DNA from: a virus
Taxonomy: Duplodnaviria > Caudoviricetes
IMG/VR virus record: IMGVR_UViG_3300020045_011543
Location: 1-39,187 of that record
Strand: one strand, 5' to 3'
DNA: 39,187 nt
Both the position numbers and the translations under genes were made by a program. This document shows positions 1 through 10,000 of the stretch, one piece after another (the stretch's first letter is position 1; every line of letters starts with the position of its first letter). Below the pieces are notes generated by a model. The model had not been told where the DNA came from. It saw only the letters and a program-made list of their open reading frames with translations, and did no database searches.

Positions 1-210
1 GTTATAAAAACAGACATATCTTTAAAAAAACTATCACACTTACCAAAGATTCATTATGAAAATCTAGATGATCCTGCTTATTTAAAGTGGCTTTATCAAG
101 AAATTAATGGTTGTTCTTGTCCAGATTGGTATATACAAGAATATCTATTAACACACATAGAAACAAATATAGCGGAATTTATTAATGAAATCTCACAGAA
201 AAATAGCTAG
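1..210 (+). CDS. 3' end of a hypothetical protein (truncated at window start; foreign segment)
   Basis: Frame 1 is open from base 1 to TAG at 208-210 (VIKTDISLKK...EISQKNS*) and overlaps the next gene's start. Confidence 0.55.
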   Translation, partial: VIKTDISLKKLSHLPKIHYENLDDPAYLKWLYQEINGCSCPDWYIQEYLLTHIETNIAEFINEISQKNS

Positions 211-766
211 TGGATTTAATGTAACACCACTTAAAGAATCTCTTGAACGAAATAAACATTTGTTTGATCAGATTCCTTTACGTAGGTATGGAGAATCACC
301 ACATAAGCAAATGACTGATATTTGGGTAAGGCATAATTACTTACCTCCTTTTCTAGAGACTGGAGATTTCTCAAAGATTAATGATGAGCATGATAGTATT
401 TGGTATCCTGCTTTTTACGAAATACCTGAAGTGTCTGACTTAGTATTTAAAACCATGTCCCTTGTTAATGGAGAAAGACTTGGTGCAGTATTGATTACTA
501 AACTCCCACCCGGAGGTTCAATTGAGAAACACACTGATGGTGGTTGGCATGCTCTGTACTATGATAAGTATTACATACCAATTAAAAATAAAGAAGGTGC
601 TGAGTTTGGTTTTGAGGACGGGATAATCAAACCAGATGAAGGAGATGTCTGGTGGTTCAATAATCAAACACCACATTGGGTAACTAATAATTCTAATGAG
701 GATCGAATTGCTCTAATAGTTTGCATACGATCTGAACAATCTAAGGAGAGATTCAATGCCTCTTAG
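185..766 (+). CDS. Aspartyl/asparaginyl beta-hydroxylase-family (2OG-Fe(II) cupin) oxygenase
   Basis: ITKLPPGGSIEKHTD (HxD), and GDVWWFNNQTPHWVTNNSNEDRIALIV (distal His and Arg typical of the family). Confidence 0.8.
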   Translation: MKSHRKIASGFNVTPLKESLERNKHLFDQIPLRRYGESPHKQMTDIWVRHNYLPPFLETGDFSKINDEHDSIWYPAFYEIPEVSDLVFKTMSLVNGERLGAVLITKLPPGGSIEKHTDGGWHALYYDKYYIPIKNKEGAEFGFEDGIIKPDEGDVWWFNNQTPHWVTNNSNEDRIALIVCIRSEQSKERFNAS

Positions 767-1256
767 CACAGTAGCAGCAGTTGTAGGTATTGCAGGTGGT
801 GTTAATAGCATCATGCAAAGTAATAAAGGTAGTGGTGCAGCAGGTGATGGTAATGGAGCAATGTCTCCTTGGTTTGCTAGTGGTGGTGGTAGCCAAGCGG
901 CTGCTCAGTTGCAACAACTTATGTCTGGTGGCCCACAATCAATCTTACAAGATAAAGCTTTCCAAGGGATGAATGATGCTTCCTTGAAAGGTGTTCAACG
1001 ACAAATGGCTGCTAAAGGCCAAGGGTTGTCGGGCAACGAACTTATTGCTCTACAAGAACAAGGTAACACTAATGCAATGTCTTTCTACAACAACCAAGTA
1101 CAGCAATTGAGTAGCCTTGCTGGTGTTGGATTTAATCCAGCTGATGGTGCTAGAATCAACTCTGCTAATGAACAAGCTGGCTGGCAAGGTTTAGCACAAG
1201 GTATTGGTGGATTGAATCAAGTATCTTTCTTTCCATGCCGCAAAGATAGCATATAA
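756..1256 (+). CDS. Gly/Ala/Gln-rich internal virion (pilot/ejection-like) protein, probably truncated by the junction near 1220
   Basis: Hydrophobic GIAGG N-terminus and 'AAKGQGLSGNELIALQEQG', resembling podovirus DNA-transfer proteins; the last residues (VSFFPCRKDSI) lie past the composition break. Confidence 0.5.
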   Translation: MPLSTVAAVVGIAGGVNSIMQSNKGSGAAGDGNGAMSPWFASGGGSQAAAQLQQLMSGGPQSILQDKAFQGMNDASLKGVQRQMAAKGQGLSGNELIALQEQGNTNAMSFYNNQVQQLSSLAGVGFNPADGARINSANEQAGWQGLAQGIGGLNQVSFFPCRKDSI

Positions 1257-1308
1257 GGCAACACTTTCCAAACCACTGCAACACTACGGGCGCAACAACG
1301 TAAATTTG
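1241..1308. promoter_or_regulatory. Divergent Bacteroidota -7 promoters (TATCTTTG minus strand 1241-1248; TAAATTTG plus strand 1301-1308)
   Basis: Both match TAnnTTTG. The minus one sits 4 nt before an ATG at 1236; the plus one precedes the ATG at 1328. Confidence 0.6.
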
Positions 1309-1327
1309 TAGCAAAGCAAACAGGCAA

Positions 1328-1660
1328 ATGGATATTGAAACATACAACCTGCTCCGCAAAGGGCATACCGAAAACCCGGAAACCGGGGAACCTATCCGTT
1401 TAAGCAACGATGAAATGGCCGCCTTCAAATGGAAAGTGGCGGAGGAAAAGTTTGCAAAAAAGAAGCACAAACTGAAAGATTTGGTGATTATTCGGCATAA
1501 CTTGAAAGTTACCCGCTACGGATGTAGCGTTTTCGATGTGGTGGATAATGCCCGTGCAATTCAGCTTTGCGACAAGGCCCCGAAAGAATGGGTAAGGGTT
1601 CGATTGAAAGTTGACCCTGTTGGTGTGGAAAAAAAGGAAGCGAAACCGGTAAAAGCGTAA
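1328..1660 (+). CDS. Hypothetical protein
   Basis: ATG after promoter; first gene of the rightward head operon. Confidence 0.7.
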   Translation: MDIETYNLLRKGHTENPETGEPIRLSNDEMAAFKWKVAEEKFAKKKHKLKDLVIIRHNLKVTRYGCSVFDVVDNARAIQLCDKAPKEWVRVRLKVDPVGVEKKEAKPVKA

Positions 1661-1663
1661 AAC

Positions 1664-1891
1664 ATGGCAAATTATAACGGGTACAATGGAAAGCGTATCG
1701 TAATGCGCAATGTTTCGGAAGAGAAGAAGAAAAGAATGGACGGCAACCCCGTCTATAAGTACATAGTTTTCAAAGCCATTGCTGGTTCTGATGTTGAACC
1801 GGTTGGCGTGAAAAAGAAGCCGGAGCTTGCACCGGAACCAAAGCAAGAGGGCGCTGATAAGGCGCAGCCGCAAGGCAAAACGGGCGAGTAA
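1664..1891 (+). CDS. Hypothetical protein
   Basis: Tight packing and A-rich initiation region (AAAACATG). Confidence 0.65.
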   Translation: MANYNGYNGKRIVMRNVSEEKKKRMDGNPVYKYIVFKAIAGSDVEPVGVKKKPELAPEPKQEGADKAQPQGKTGE

Positions 1892-1901
1892 ATTATATCG
1901 C

Positions 1902-2762
1902 ATGAAAATACAGATAGAATTGTCTGCCGACCAGTGGCATAGGCTCACTGGCGTAAAACTTGATAAACTGACGGATAAATACCCGGAACTTTTCGATGAT
2001 GGGAAGGCAAAAGACGATGCTGATTTTAGCGCCGTTTTGTTGGAACTTGAAAAAGAAAAGACGGAAGATTATGGTAACCGGCAGTGGCAACGAAGCCGCA
2101 AAGCCCTGGAAGGTCGCCTGAAAAAGTTGGGTATCGAGGAATTTACGAAGGCAGAGGAAGGATTAGACCTGTTGATTGAACAACAGGAGGCCGAGCAGGG
2201 GAAAGACCCCGCCGCGCAATTGAAAGATGAGGATATTAGAAAGCACCCAGTTTTCAAAGCAGCAATTGCCGAGGAAGTTACAGGGCTACGCACGAAATTA
2301 GAGGCTACCCAGTCCGAATTTGAAAAATACAAAGGCGAAGTAGCAGGGAAAGAAAGGCACAATGCAGTGCAATTAGCCGTTTCGGAGCAGCTTGAAAAAC
2401 TCAAGGCAGGTTACGGGGCAAAAGGCAAACAAGTAGCATTAGACCGCTTCTTTAAGGCGTTTCCCGGCATCGGCATAAATGAAAAGGGGAATGTATTGGA
2501 TGCAAACGGAGAAGAGGTATTACATGATCACTCCCCTGTAAAGTTAGAGGATTTTCTAAGGCAGGAATGGGATCATGGATTCAATGCCGCGCCCGACAGT
2601 CCAACTCCACCACCACCAACAAGGAAAGAAACCGGGACGGGGGCTTATAATATCACGTCAGCCGATCAGTACAATGAGATGATTCAGCGCCCAAACCTGA
2701 CACAGACTGAAAAGTCTGGTATCAGACAGGGATACGCTGAATTTCTCGAAAAACAGAAATAA
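1902..2762 (+). CDS. Probable capsid scaffolding protein
   Basis: Charged coiled-coil with a Pro-rich linker and short C-terminal helix, directly upstream of the capsid gene; ATG at 1902 preferred over TTG at 1827. Confidence 0.6.
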   Translation: MKIQIELSADQWHRLTGVKLDKLTDKYPELFDDGKAKDDADFSAVLLELEKEKTEDYGNRQWQRSRKALEGRLKKLGIEEFTKAEEGLDLLIEQQEAEQGKDPAAQLKDEDIRKHPVFKAAIAEEVTGLRTKLEATQSEFEKYKGEVAGKERHNAVQLAVSEQLEKLKAGYGAKGKQVALDRFFKAFPGIGINEKGNVLDANGEEVLHDHSPVKLEDFLRQEWDHGFNAAPDSPTPPPPTRKETGTGAYNITSADQYNEMIQRPNLTQTEKSGIRQGYAEFLEKQK

Positions 2763-2783
2763 AGGAATTTATTCCACGAATAT

Positions 2784-2815
2784 AAAAGCCTTTGTACGAT
2801 GTGCAAGGGCTTTTT
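2784..2815 (+). terminator. Hairpin with A- and T-tracts between scaffold and capsid genes
   Basis: AAAAGCCTTTGTAC-GAT-GTGCAAGGGCTTTTT. Confidence 0.55.
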
Positions 2816-2840
2816 CTATTTACACTAAATAAATAAGAAC

Positions 2841-3992
2841 ATGCCAAACACGGTAACGGCGGGTGTACTTGTCAAGTTGCAGGCGCTATATGAGGAAATG
2901 TATAGCCCGGACACCGCAAGCCCGCACAAACAACCACTCCGTACGGAGTTTTACACGGCTCAAGCCCTGATGGAACGTAACCGCGCCCGCGTTAACCGCG
3001 TGCTGGTGAACAACGAAGAACGGGGGTTTGAGTTGAATTATCAAGTCTTTGCGGACGACGAATTGCCGGACATCAACGGGGACAGCGACGACGTTGGCAC
3101 CGCCTGCGCTGTGTCCGCCGGGGATTTCCCGACAACTGCCGCCCTTGCTTATGCTAACAACATAATCATCCGCGAAACGGTATCGGTAGACGACAACCTG
3201 ACGAACAACATTTGGAAAGACGGCCTAAACATGGGACACCACAAGGCCGTGGATGCTGCAATTCTGGTTAACAACCAGATCGAAGTAGCTATTGCCCGCA
3301 TTCGCGCAGGCATTAATAGCCGATACATTACGTATTTGGATGCACTGAAAACGCCTGTCAACTTGGACGGCAATTTGCCAGACACGGTAACATACGACGC
3401 GGGTACGGATTCCTTTGTTGTTGCCGATGCTACGAACTTTCAGAACGTTGATTTTTTGACCGACGTTGCCGCCATCGCGCAAAATAACCGACTTGGTACG
3501 GACTACTTTTTCATCAATGGCCGCCGGGCTTGGTACAACGCGCTTATTAATTCCGATTACTACCGACTCAACGACAACGGACGCAATCAGATTCGTTTTC
3601 AGGATTTTGAAATGTATTTCGATATTGCGAAACTGGATGCGACGCTGGGCGACATCAATAGCTTTGTATTGACTTCCGGCGCTTACGCCGCCTGGAATGC
3701 TTCATATAGCTCACCTTCACCGGAAGAAATAAGCCTGGACGTAGACGGCAACCGCCGTTTCGTATACTACATCGAAGACCCGGTAATGAGCATTTGGGAG
3801 AATGGATCTTTGCGCCCGGTTCGTTACGAAGTCGTGTATGTGCAGGGCTGCGGAGGCCGTCGACAGATTAGCCAGCGCTTTTGGAACAACCACACGTTTG
3901 AAATCACATTTCACGGTGGATTCCAGAATGCCCCGCCATCTGCAACAACGCACACCGGTGCGCTGAAATTCACCGGAGTTTCCGGCGTATAA
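2841..3992 (+). CDS. Probable major capsid protein
   Basis: 383 aa, follows the scaffold-like gene, C-terminal 'TGALKF' strand as in HK97-fold capsids; assignment is positional and compositional. Confidence 0.65.
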   Translation: MPNTVTAGVLVKLQALYEEMYSPDTASPHKQPLRTEFYTAQALMERNRARVNRVLVNNEERGFELNYQVFADDELPDINGDSDDVGTACAVSAGDFPTTAALAYANNIIIRETVSVDDNLTNNIWKDGLNMGHHKAVDAAILVNNQIEVAIARIRAGINSRYITYLDALKTPVNLDGNLPDTVTYDAGTDSFVVADATNFQNVDFLTDVAAIAQNNRLGTDYFFINGRRAWYNALINSDYYRLNDNGRNQIRFQDFEMYFDIAKLDATLGDINSFVLTSGAYAAWNASYSSPSPEEISLDVDGNRRFVYYIEDPVMSIWENGSLRPVRYEVVYVQGCGGRRQISQRFWNNHTFEITFHGGFQNAPPSATTHTGALKFTGVSGV

Positions 3993-4028
3993 CCTTATTT
4001 TATCACTGACATAAATATCTAATCTGAT

Positions 4029-4571
4029 ATGAAACGCATTTTTCTTTATTTGGGCGCTTTCGCCCTCTTGTTGACCGCAACCGTCCTGCTAACATCGAGC
4101 GCGGACGGTAACACGGCAGCAGCCGATCAGCTTTCCGCTACCGATCTTTGCGAATTAGCTTCGCTTGATTTGTATGCTGCTGAACTTGCTGCGTCTACCG
4201 CGTACTACCGATACCCGACCACAACGAGCGGATCATCTGCTTTTGTAGGTGATACCATTACGAACGCAACCAATGACACTGTGGAAATTCCAGTGAACTT
4301 GCTTACAGATCGGAATTGGGCGTGGACTATTGTTGCCACTAACATTTCTGGCACCACCGCCGTGATTGCAACCGTAGAAGAAGCAAGCACAACAGGAACG
4401 CAGGCGGCTGCTATTGACTGGGATGTGATTGGCCGCGACACATTCAGCGCGACCGGGCAGGACTGGATTCGCGGGGAGCATACGACGGGATTTAAGCAGC
4501 GACTTATTTTGGACGGCTCCGGGACACAAAGTACCCGCATTCGTTCGGCATTTGTCGCAAAGCCTAATTAA
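4029..4571 (+). CDS. Signal-peptide-bearing beta-rich hypothetical protein
   Basis: MKRIFLYLGAFALLLTATVLLTSS signal/anchor followed by a Thr-rich beta domain. Confidence 0.7.
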   Translation: MKRIFLYLGAFALLLTATVLLTSSADGNTAAADQLSATDLCELASLDLYAAELAASTAYYRYPTTTSGSSAFVGDTITNATNDTVEIPVNLLTDRNWAWTIVATNISGTTAVIATVEEASTTGTQAAAIDWDVIGRDTFSATGQDWIRGEHTTGFKQRLILDGSGTQSTRIRSAFVAKPN

Positions 4572-4574
4572 GCA

Positions 4575-5636
4575 ATGGCGGACTGTCTGACAACACTCAT
4601 CGGCATTACCCCGGCGGAATGCCCGTGCTTTGAGGGGATAGACGCAGGGTATACGGATTCAGATTCCGGGTACTACCTGACTGACCCCCTGTACGGCATT
4701 CCTAATCTTTCGGCAGTACTGGCCACACGGGCGCAGTGCGAACCGGCAGACAACACGGTGTACAATACGCTGAATGAGGCCAGGCAGTCCGCCATACGTG
4801 ATATACGTACTGACCTAATGACCGCCCTTAGTCGTTTCCGCGAAGGCGCGGGCGCTTGGCGCGGGGTAATTGCAAAGAACAGGGCAGTAACGGGAACCGT
4901 TAATTCGCTTGGCAAGAATGGGACGCAGCTTTACAGCACCCGGCGCTTGATTGATGCCAGTTTCGTAATTACGGACTTGTTTATCGGCGCAAACTTTACG
5001 GGGACGGTAGATGTCAAGTTTGAATCGAACCACCGCACGTTTACACAGGCAGACATTACTTGCAACACGGTTGCAGGAACGTTTGAACAAAACATGCTTG
5101 TAACTCCGGTAACGATACCCCTGTATGATGCAGCAGAACAGGAATTGTTTTACAACTTGTACTGGGAGCCGACCGGGGTGCAGAAACCGCTTACATCAAG
5201 TATTTGGTGTTGCGGCGGCCCCGGCGCATGGGCTAAGTTTGTACAGGTTGGCGGGTTTAATCTGGCAACGCTGGAAGAAAGAACGTTATACCGATCCTCA
5301 ACCGCTTCCGGCATTCTGATAGGCGGGTACATTTCCTGCGCAAAGCTGGATTTTATCTGCAATCTGGATGAACTGAACGGGTATGACTGGAAAGAGCTAC
5401 TTGGTAGGACACTACTTTTCAAGTCCGCTATTTACGCGTTTTCGCAGATGATAAGTTCGGATCAAGTGAACTTACAAACCCTGCTTAATGCAGAACAGGC
5501 GGGTAAGCGGATGAAAGAGTTATCGGAGGCTTACGCGACCAATATAGAATACATTGCAAAGTCCCTGCCTACCGGGTTTTCCGGGTGTTGGGGGTGCAAT
5601 AAATCAGATTTTCAAATAAGCAAAATCAGAACATAA
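4575..5636 (+). CDS. Cys-rich structural protein (possible head-tail connector)
   Basis: 353 aa in the structural operon; TAATG coupling to the next gene. Confidence 0.6.
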   Translation: MADCLTTLIGITPAECPCFEGIDAGYTDSDSGYYLTDPLYGIPNLSAVLATRAQCEPADNTVYNTLNEARQSAIRDIRTDLMTALSRFREGAGAWRGVIAKNRAVTGTVNSLGKNGTQLYSTRRLIDASFVITDLFIGANFTGTVDVKFESNHRTFTQADITCNTVAGTFEQNMLVTPVTIPLYDAAEQELFYNLYWEPTGVQKPLTSSIWCCGGPGAWAKFVQVGGFNLATLEERTLYRSSTASGILIGGYISCAKLDFICNLDELNGYDWKELLGRTLLFKSAIYAFSQMISSDQVNLQTLLNAEQAGKRMKELSEAYATNIEYIAKSLPTGFSGCWGCNKSDFQISKIRT

Positions 5637-6238
5637 TGGGACTTTCCGTTTTTGATATAGTTTGCTCGAACGACTGCGAAGACATCCTTTTGCCTGCGCT
5701 GCCGGCAGATGCTTTGTGCGTCACTACGCCTGCGCTTTCGGAGGTCAATAGCATTATCCTTACCCCCGTTGACGGCACCAACCCGATAGACTGGACTGTA
5801 AGCCCGGTGGAGTTGGTCGCAGACACCATAGACAACACAAACGACGATAACACTTTGTCGCGTCAGTTGGTGGTGAGTGGTGAAATTCCAGACCACGAAG
5901 CTGCTGTTTATGTCGGCCCCAACTTCAAGGAGCTGGTAGTTAAGCGGACGGAAACGGCATCTTTGAACGTGCCAGTGAATGATGATAATTACGACTTTCT
6001 GCGCTATTTGCAGTGTTCAAAAGTGGCGAATCAGTTCTATTTCCAGTACACTACCTACGGGGGTAAGATATTCGGAGGCGAGAACGGCATTACAATCAAT
6101 GCCATTGACGTATTCATGCCGAAAACACGGGGCCAGGATGGGTACGAAGTCGCAAGGATTACGATTAAGTACGAATTTATCATTGCGCCGCAGCGTTCGG
6201 ATGATCCGTTAACTACATCGGGAGTTTCGGGTGTTTAA
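5636..6238 (+). CDS. Putative tail tube/ring protein (paralog 1)
   Basis: Acidic beta-rich 200 aa; clear similarity to the next ORF (IDNT, FGGxNGI, ITI..P.R). Confidence 0.55.
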   Translation: MGLSVFDIVCSNDCEDILLPALPADALCVTTPALSEVNSIILTPVDGTNPIDWTVSPVELVADTIDNTNDDNTLSRQLVVSGEIPDHEAAVYVGPNFKELVVKRTETASLNVPVNDDNYDFLRYLQCSKVANQFYFQYTTYGGKIFGGENGITINAIDVFMPKTRGQDGYEVARITIKYEFIIAPQRSDDPLTTSGVSGV

Positions 6239-7058
6239 TAACGCTTTTCTCGGAAATTTCGCCGTCCCTGCGTATGTCGGCTCGCTGCCTGTTGATGTAG
6301 GCGGCGGGCTTGCGCTTTCGGAGATATGTAATATTTTGTTGTTACCAATTGGCGGGGCATTTCCTACCACATGGTCAGACTTGGAAAGCCTGCAATCGGC
6401 AATAGACAATACCGATACGACGGGCGGGTACGGAAAATGGTTAACAGGAAAAGGCGTAATCCCGTCCGCAAATGTGTTACTGGCTCCGCTTGGCAGGCAG
6501 GAAGTCAAAAAAGTGGGGGCGGAATATACCCTAACTTTCGAGGTTCCGATCTACTGCGCAGCGTATTATGAGGCTTGCCGGACAATACAGAAAAATCCAA
6601 CTTACTACACGCTCTGGTACTTCACGGTAGCAGGGTTCGGATTCGGAGGTCAAAATGGAATACGCCCGTACTACCTGCACTGCGACCTGCCGAAAGGTGG
6701 CTCGGACGGGGCGGTAGAGATTGGAATCATTACAATCCGATGGCGCGCAGACGGAGATCCGGCACGGGTGTACCTTGCCGGGCTGAATGGCGGGGCGGAT
6801 GAACAGGAAGGATTAAGCATAACTATGTTTGCACAGCAATTCATATCGGTTTCTTCCTCCACCCTGACGTGGACACGAAACAACGGCGAAATTCCGCCCT
6901 CACCCTCGGTACGCTTTCATGTGTTCCAAAACGGGCAAAAGTTGCTATCAGGCGCTTATGTGATTACGGAAGGCACGGGGGTAGGCGAAAGCGAGGTGGT
7001 CATTGATTCAACATACTATACAGATGGAAATACTTACGAAATTGTCGCCTATTTTTAG
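6231..7058 (+). CDS. Putative tail tube/ring protein (paralog 2) with C-terminal beta extension
   Basis: Paralog of 5636-6238 plus ~80 aa C-terminal domain containing 'VFQNGQKL'; GTG start is uncertain. Confidence 0.55.
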   Translation: MFNNAFLGNFAVPAYVGSLPVDVGGGLALSEICNILLLPIGGAFPTTWSDLESLQSAIDNTDTTGGYGKWLTGKGVIPSANVLLAPLGRQEVKKVGAEYTLTFEVPIYCAAYYEACRTIQKNPTYYTLWYFTVAGFGFGGQNGIRPYYLHCDLPKGGSDGAVEIGIITIRWRADGDPARVYLAGLNGGADEQEGLSITMFAQQFISVSSSTLTWTRNNGEIPPSPSVRFHVFQNGQKLLSGAYVITEGTGVGESEVVIDSTYYTDGNTYEIVAYF

Positions 7059-10000
7059 GCTCGTTTTCTTGCTTTGCCTGCCCCTTTTCGGTTTTGCACA
7101 GCAATTCCCAGTCAACAATCAGAAAATTGTGCAGGGCGTTGGCACCTCGGCGCAGGGTATTAGCTCTTATAGCTCATCCCCCCCTACTGTCAACCCGGCT
7201 ACAACGACTTGGCGGCACGTGACTTCACTTCATATGGACACGGTTTTGCAGGTGCAGTACATCTACAAGCGCCCACGCTGGTACCCGATCAGCGTTGTTC
7301 GGGACACGGTAGCACCACCTGCCACAAAGACATCGGGAAGCGCTACAATAGATTACACAGAAAGTATCTGGCAGAATACGGTGGATTCCCTGACCTATTA
7401 TTACGAAGAGGAAAACGGGTGTTGGCAGCCAATAGGCACGTACATAAGCAGCACTACCCCGTCCGATGTAGCCGCAACCGGCTCCACCGGGGCGATTTGC
7501 TACGGGTACGGGCTTTGGTACGACCCGGACGTTGATTCGATCTATGCACAGCAGGGTGCGACGTGGACGGCCATAGGTGCGGGCGGGGGAGGTGGTGGTG
7601 GTTCATTCGATGATTGGACAGCCGCAGCCGATTCCGGGACACCCGCCGTAATTTCGGACGGGGAAACGGTTACATTTTCAGGTGGTACAGGGCTAAGTAG
7701 CGCAATTTCGGGCAACACGATTACAACAAATCTTGATAATACCGCCGTGACGCCTGGCAGCTATGGCAGCGCTACGCAAGTTCCCGGCTACACAGTAGAC
7801 GCGCAAGGCCGGCTAACGGCAGCGAGTAATACAAGCATTCAGATCGCGCAAAGTCAGGTCACAGGGCTTGCGGATTCACTTGGAACGGCTATTTCCGGAT
7901 CGGGCACAAACCTGCGTATCCCCGTCTGGACGGGTACAAGTAGCCTCGGAAGTTCTACCTTATTGCAATCAGCCACCGGGCAAACGCTTGACGCTAATTT
8001 GGCCTTCCGCATCACGGGCGGCACAACGGCAAGCAGGCCAACAGGCGCGGCGGGGATGTGGTATTGGAACACGACAAACACGACAATGGAGGTACATTCC
8101 GGCTCCGCGTGGGGCAGTTACCTGTATAGTGCAGCCGCCAATGGGGCCGGAACGTCTGGCCGGGTTTTCTATGCCAATGCAAACGGAGCAGCCGCCGCTG
8201 ATGATGATTTATATTGGGATTTTTCTAATAATAGGCTCGGAGTTAATATTGCTCCAACCACGCAAATACACCTTACAAGCTCTGCAACTGGTTCCGGGCT
8301 TATAAACAGTGGTATTAATATTGTAAACACCGCTGCTGCTGGTTACGCAAATCTCTCCTTCAATAATTTTAACTCGCAAATCGCAGAAACTAACGCAAGT
8401 TTTAGCAGCGGCGGGCTGATTGGAAATACGTTTGGGCACTTCACAAACGCGGCTAACGGCATTTCCTTAATTGCGTACAATGCAACAGGACAAATCAAGT
8501 TATTTACCGGGGGCATCGCGACAACAAACGAGCGTGTCCGAATAGACGCCGCCGGGCTTGTTGGCATCGGCACCACGTCCCCCGACCGCCTACTCCACGC
8601 CGAACTATCCGGCTCCGCCACAACGACAATAGGATACCCTTTCCGGGCTACGCACATCACATCCGGCACGGCAGCGGCTGGCTTCGGAGCAGGCATGGAA
8701 TTTGAGGCGGAAAGCGCAGGCGGAACAAACCGCGTTGCAGGCACCATCGAGAACCCGTACACAGATGCAACAAACGCCGCCGAAGTTTCCGACCTCGTTT
8801 TTCGTACCATGCGCGCCGGAACCCTGACCGAATCCCTGCGCTCACTCGGAAACGGAACGCTGCAAATCGGGACATTGACTGGAACGGCTACCCAATTAAT
8901 GGGCGCAACATCGGGCAATATTGCAACAGCCGTCACCCTCGGAGCCGGCCTTAGTTTCAGCAGCGGGACGTTGAACGGGGCTTTCTTGCCCCTGACACTG
9001 ACCGGAGCCACAGAAGTAAACACAGCCGGCCAAAACCTGTACTTTCGGGACGCGGGGGCGTACCCGTTCACATTTATGAACAACAGCTACTGGGTTGCCG
9101 CAAGCTCGGTGAACAACTACATAGACGTGGGTTCAACCGCATCTAACGTAAATATTGTAAGCGACGGGCTGATATGGCTTAATAGCTCGCTGAACCTGGA
9201 ACTACAATCTACGGCGCGGACGCTGATAGATGCAGATAGCATAGTCATAGAAGCTACCCTACCAGTGAACACGAACGCTACGCACGTGCTTGTACGGGAT
9301 GTAAGTACGCAGCGGTTGGAAGAAAAGACTATTTCGAGTATAGGCAGCGGTGTGTATTTGCCACTATCCCTTTCAGGCACAACGGAAGTCGTAACGAACG
9401 GGAACCAGCTTACTTTCAGGGATTCGGATTCAAACCCCTATTTGGCTTTGACTTCCGGAACACTTGAGATTGGAACGGCAGCAAGTACGGTATTCAATAT
9501 GACCGGAGCCGACATTGATATAAGTGCGGGCGGTACGGGCGGCGATGTATATATGTACGGAATCGCGGGGGTAGTAATAGAGTCAGACGCAGATATAAGC
9601 GTTGCGGCTGACTTAGGGGTATTATCAGTTACAGGAAGTACGGTTACCGCATCATCTACCGGGGATGTGAATATAACAGCGGACGTTGATCTTTCCCTTA
9701 TAGGAACTAACATAATTAATATGCAGTCGTCGGGCAACTTAGATGTAGATGTCGCAAACCTGATTGTTAACTCCCCTGCACAAGTTGAAAACCTTGTTGG
9801 TCTTTCGGCTGCGCCTTCTCTCGGAATCGCAAACGCTGGATCAGGTGCAACAGTTACAGGGTATAGCGCAGAAAGTAGCAACGTCAGCGGGCGATTTACC
9901 TTCACAACTGGTACTGGATCAATGACGGGCGGTAACGTGGTTACTGTTACCTTTTCATCTCTTACATGGCCACAGGTGCCAATAGTTCAAATCGGAGCCG

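Noticed and set aside
3975-4030. Programmed frameshift extension of the capsid at GGA GTT TCC
   Set aside because: Both alternative frames hit stops within about 12 codons.
8343-9905. Long antisense ORFs (e.g. 8343-9083, 9438-9905; also 34768-35373, 37430-38158)
   Set aside because: Shadow frames of real genes on the opposite strand, with no motifs.
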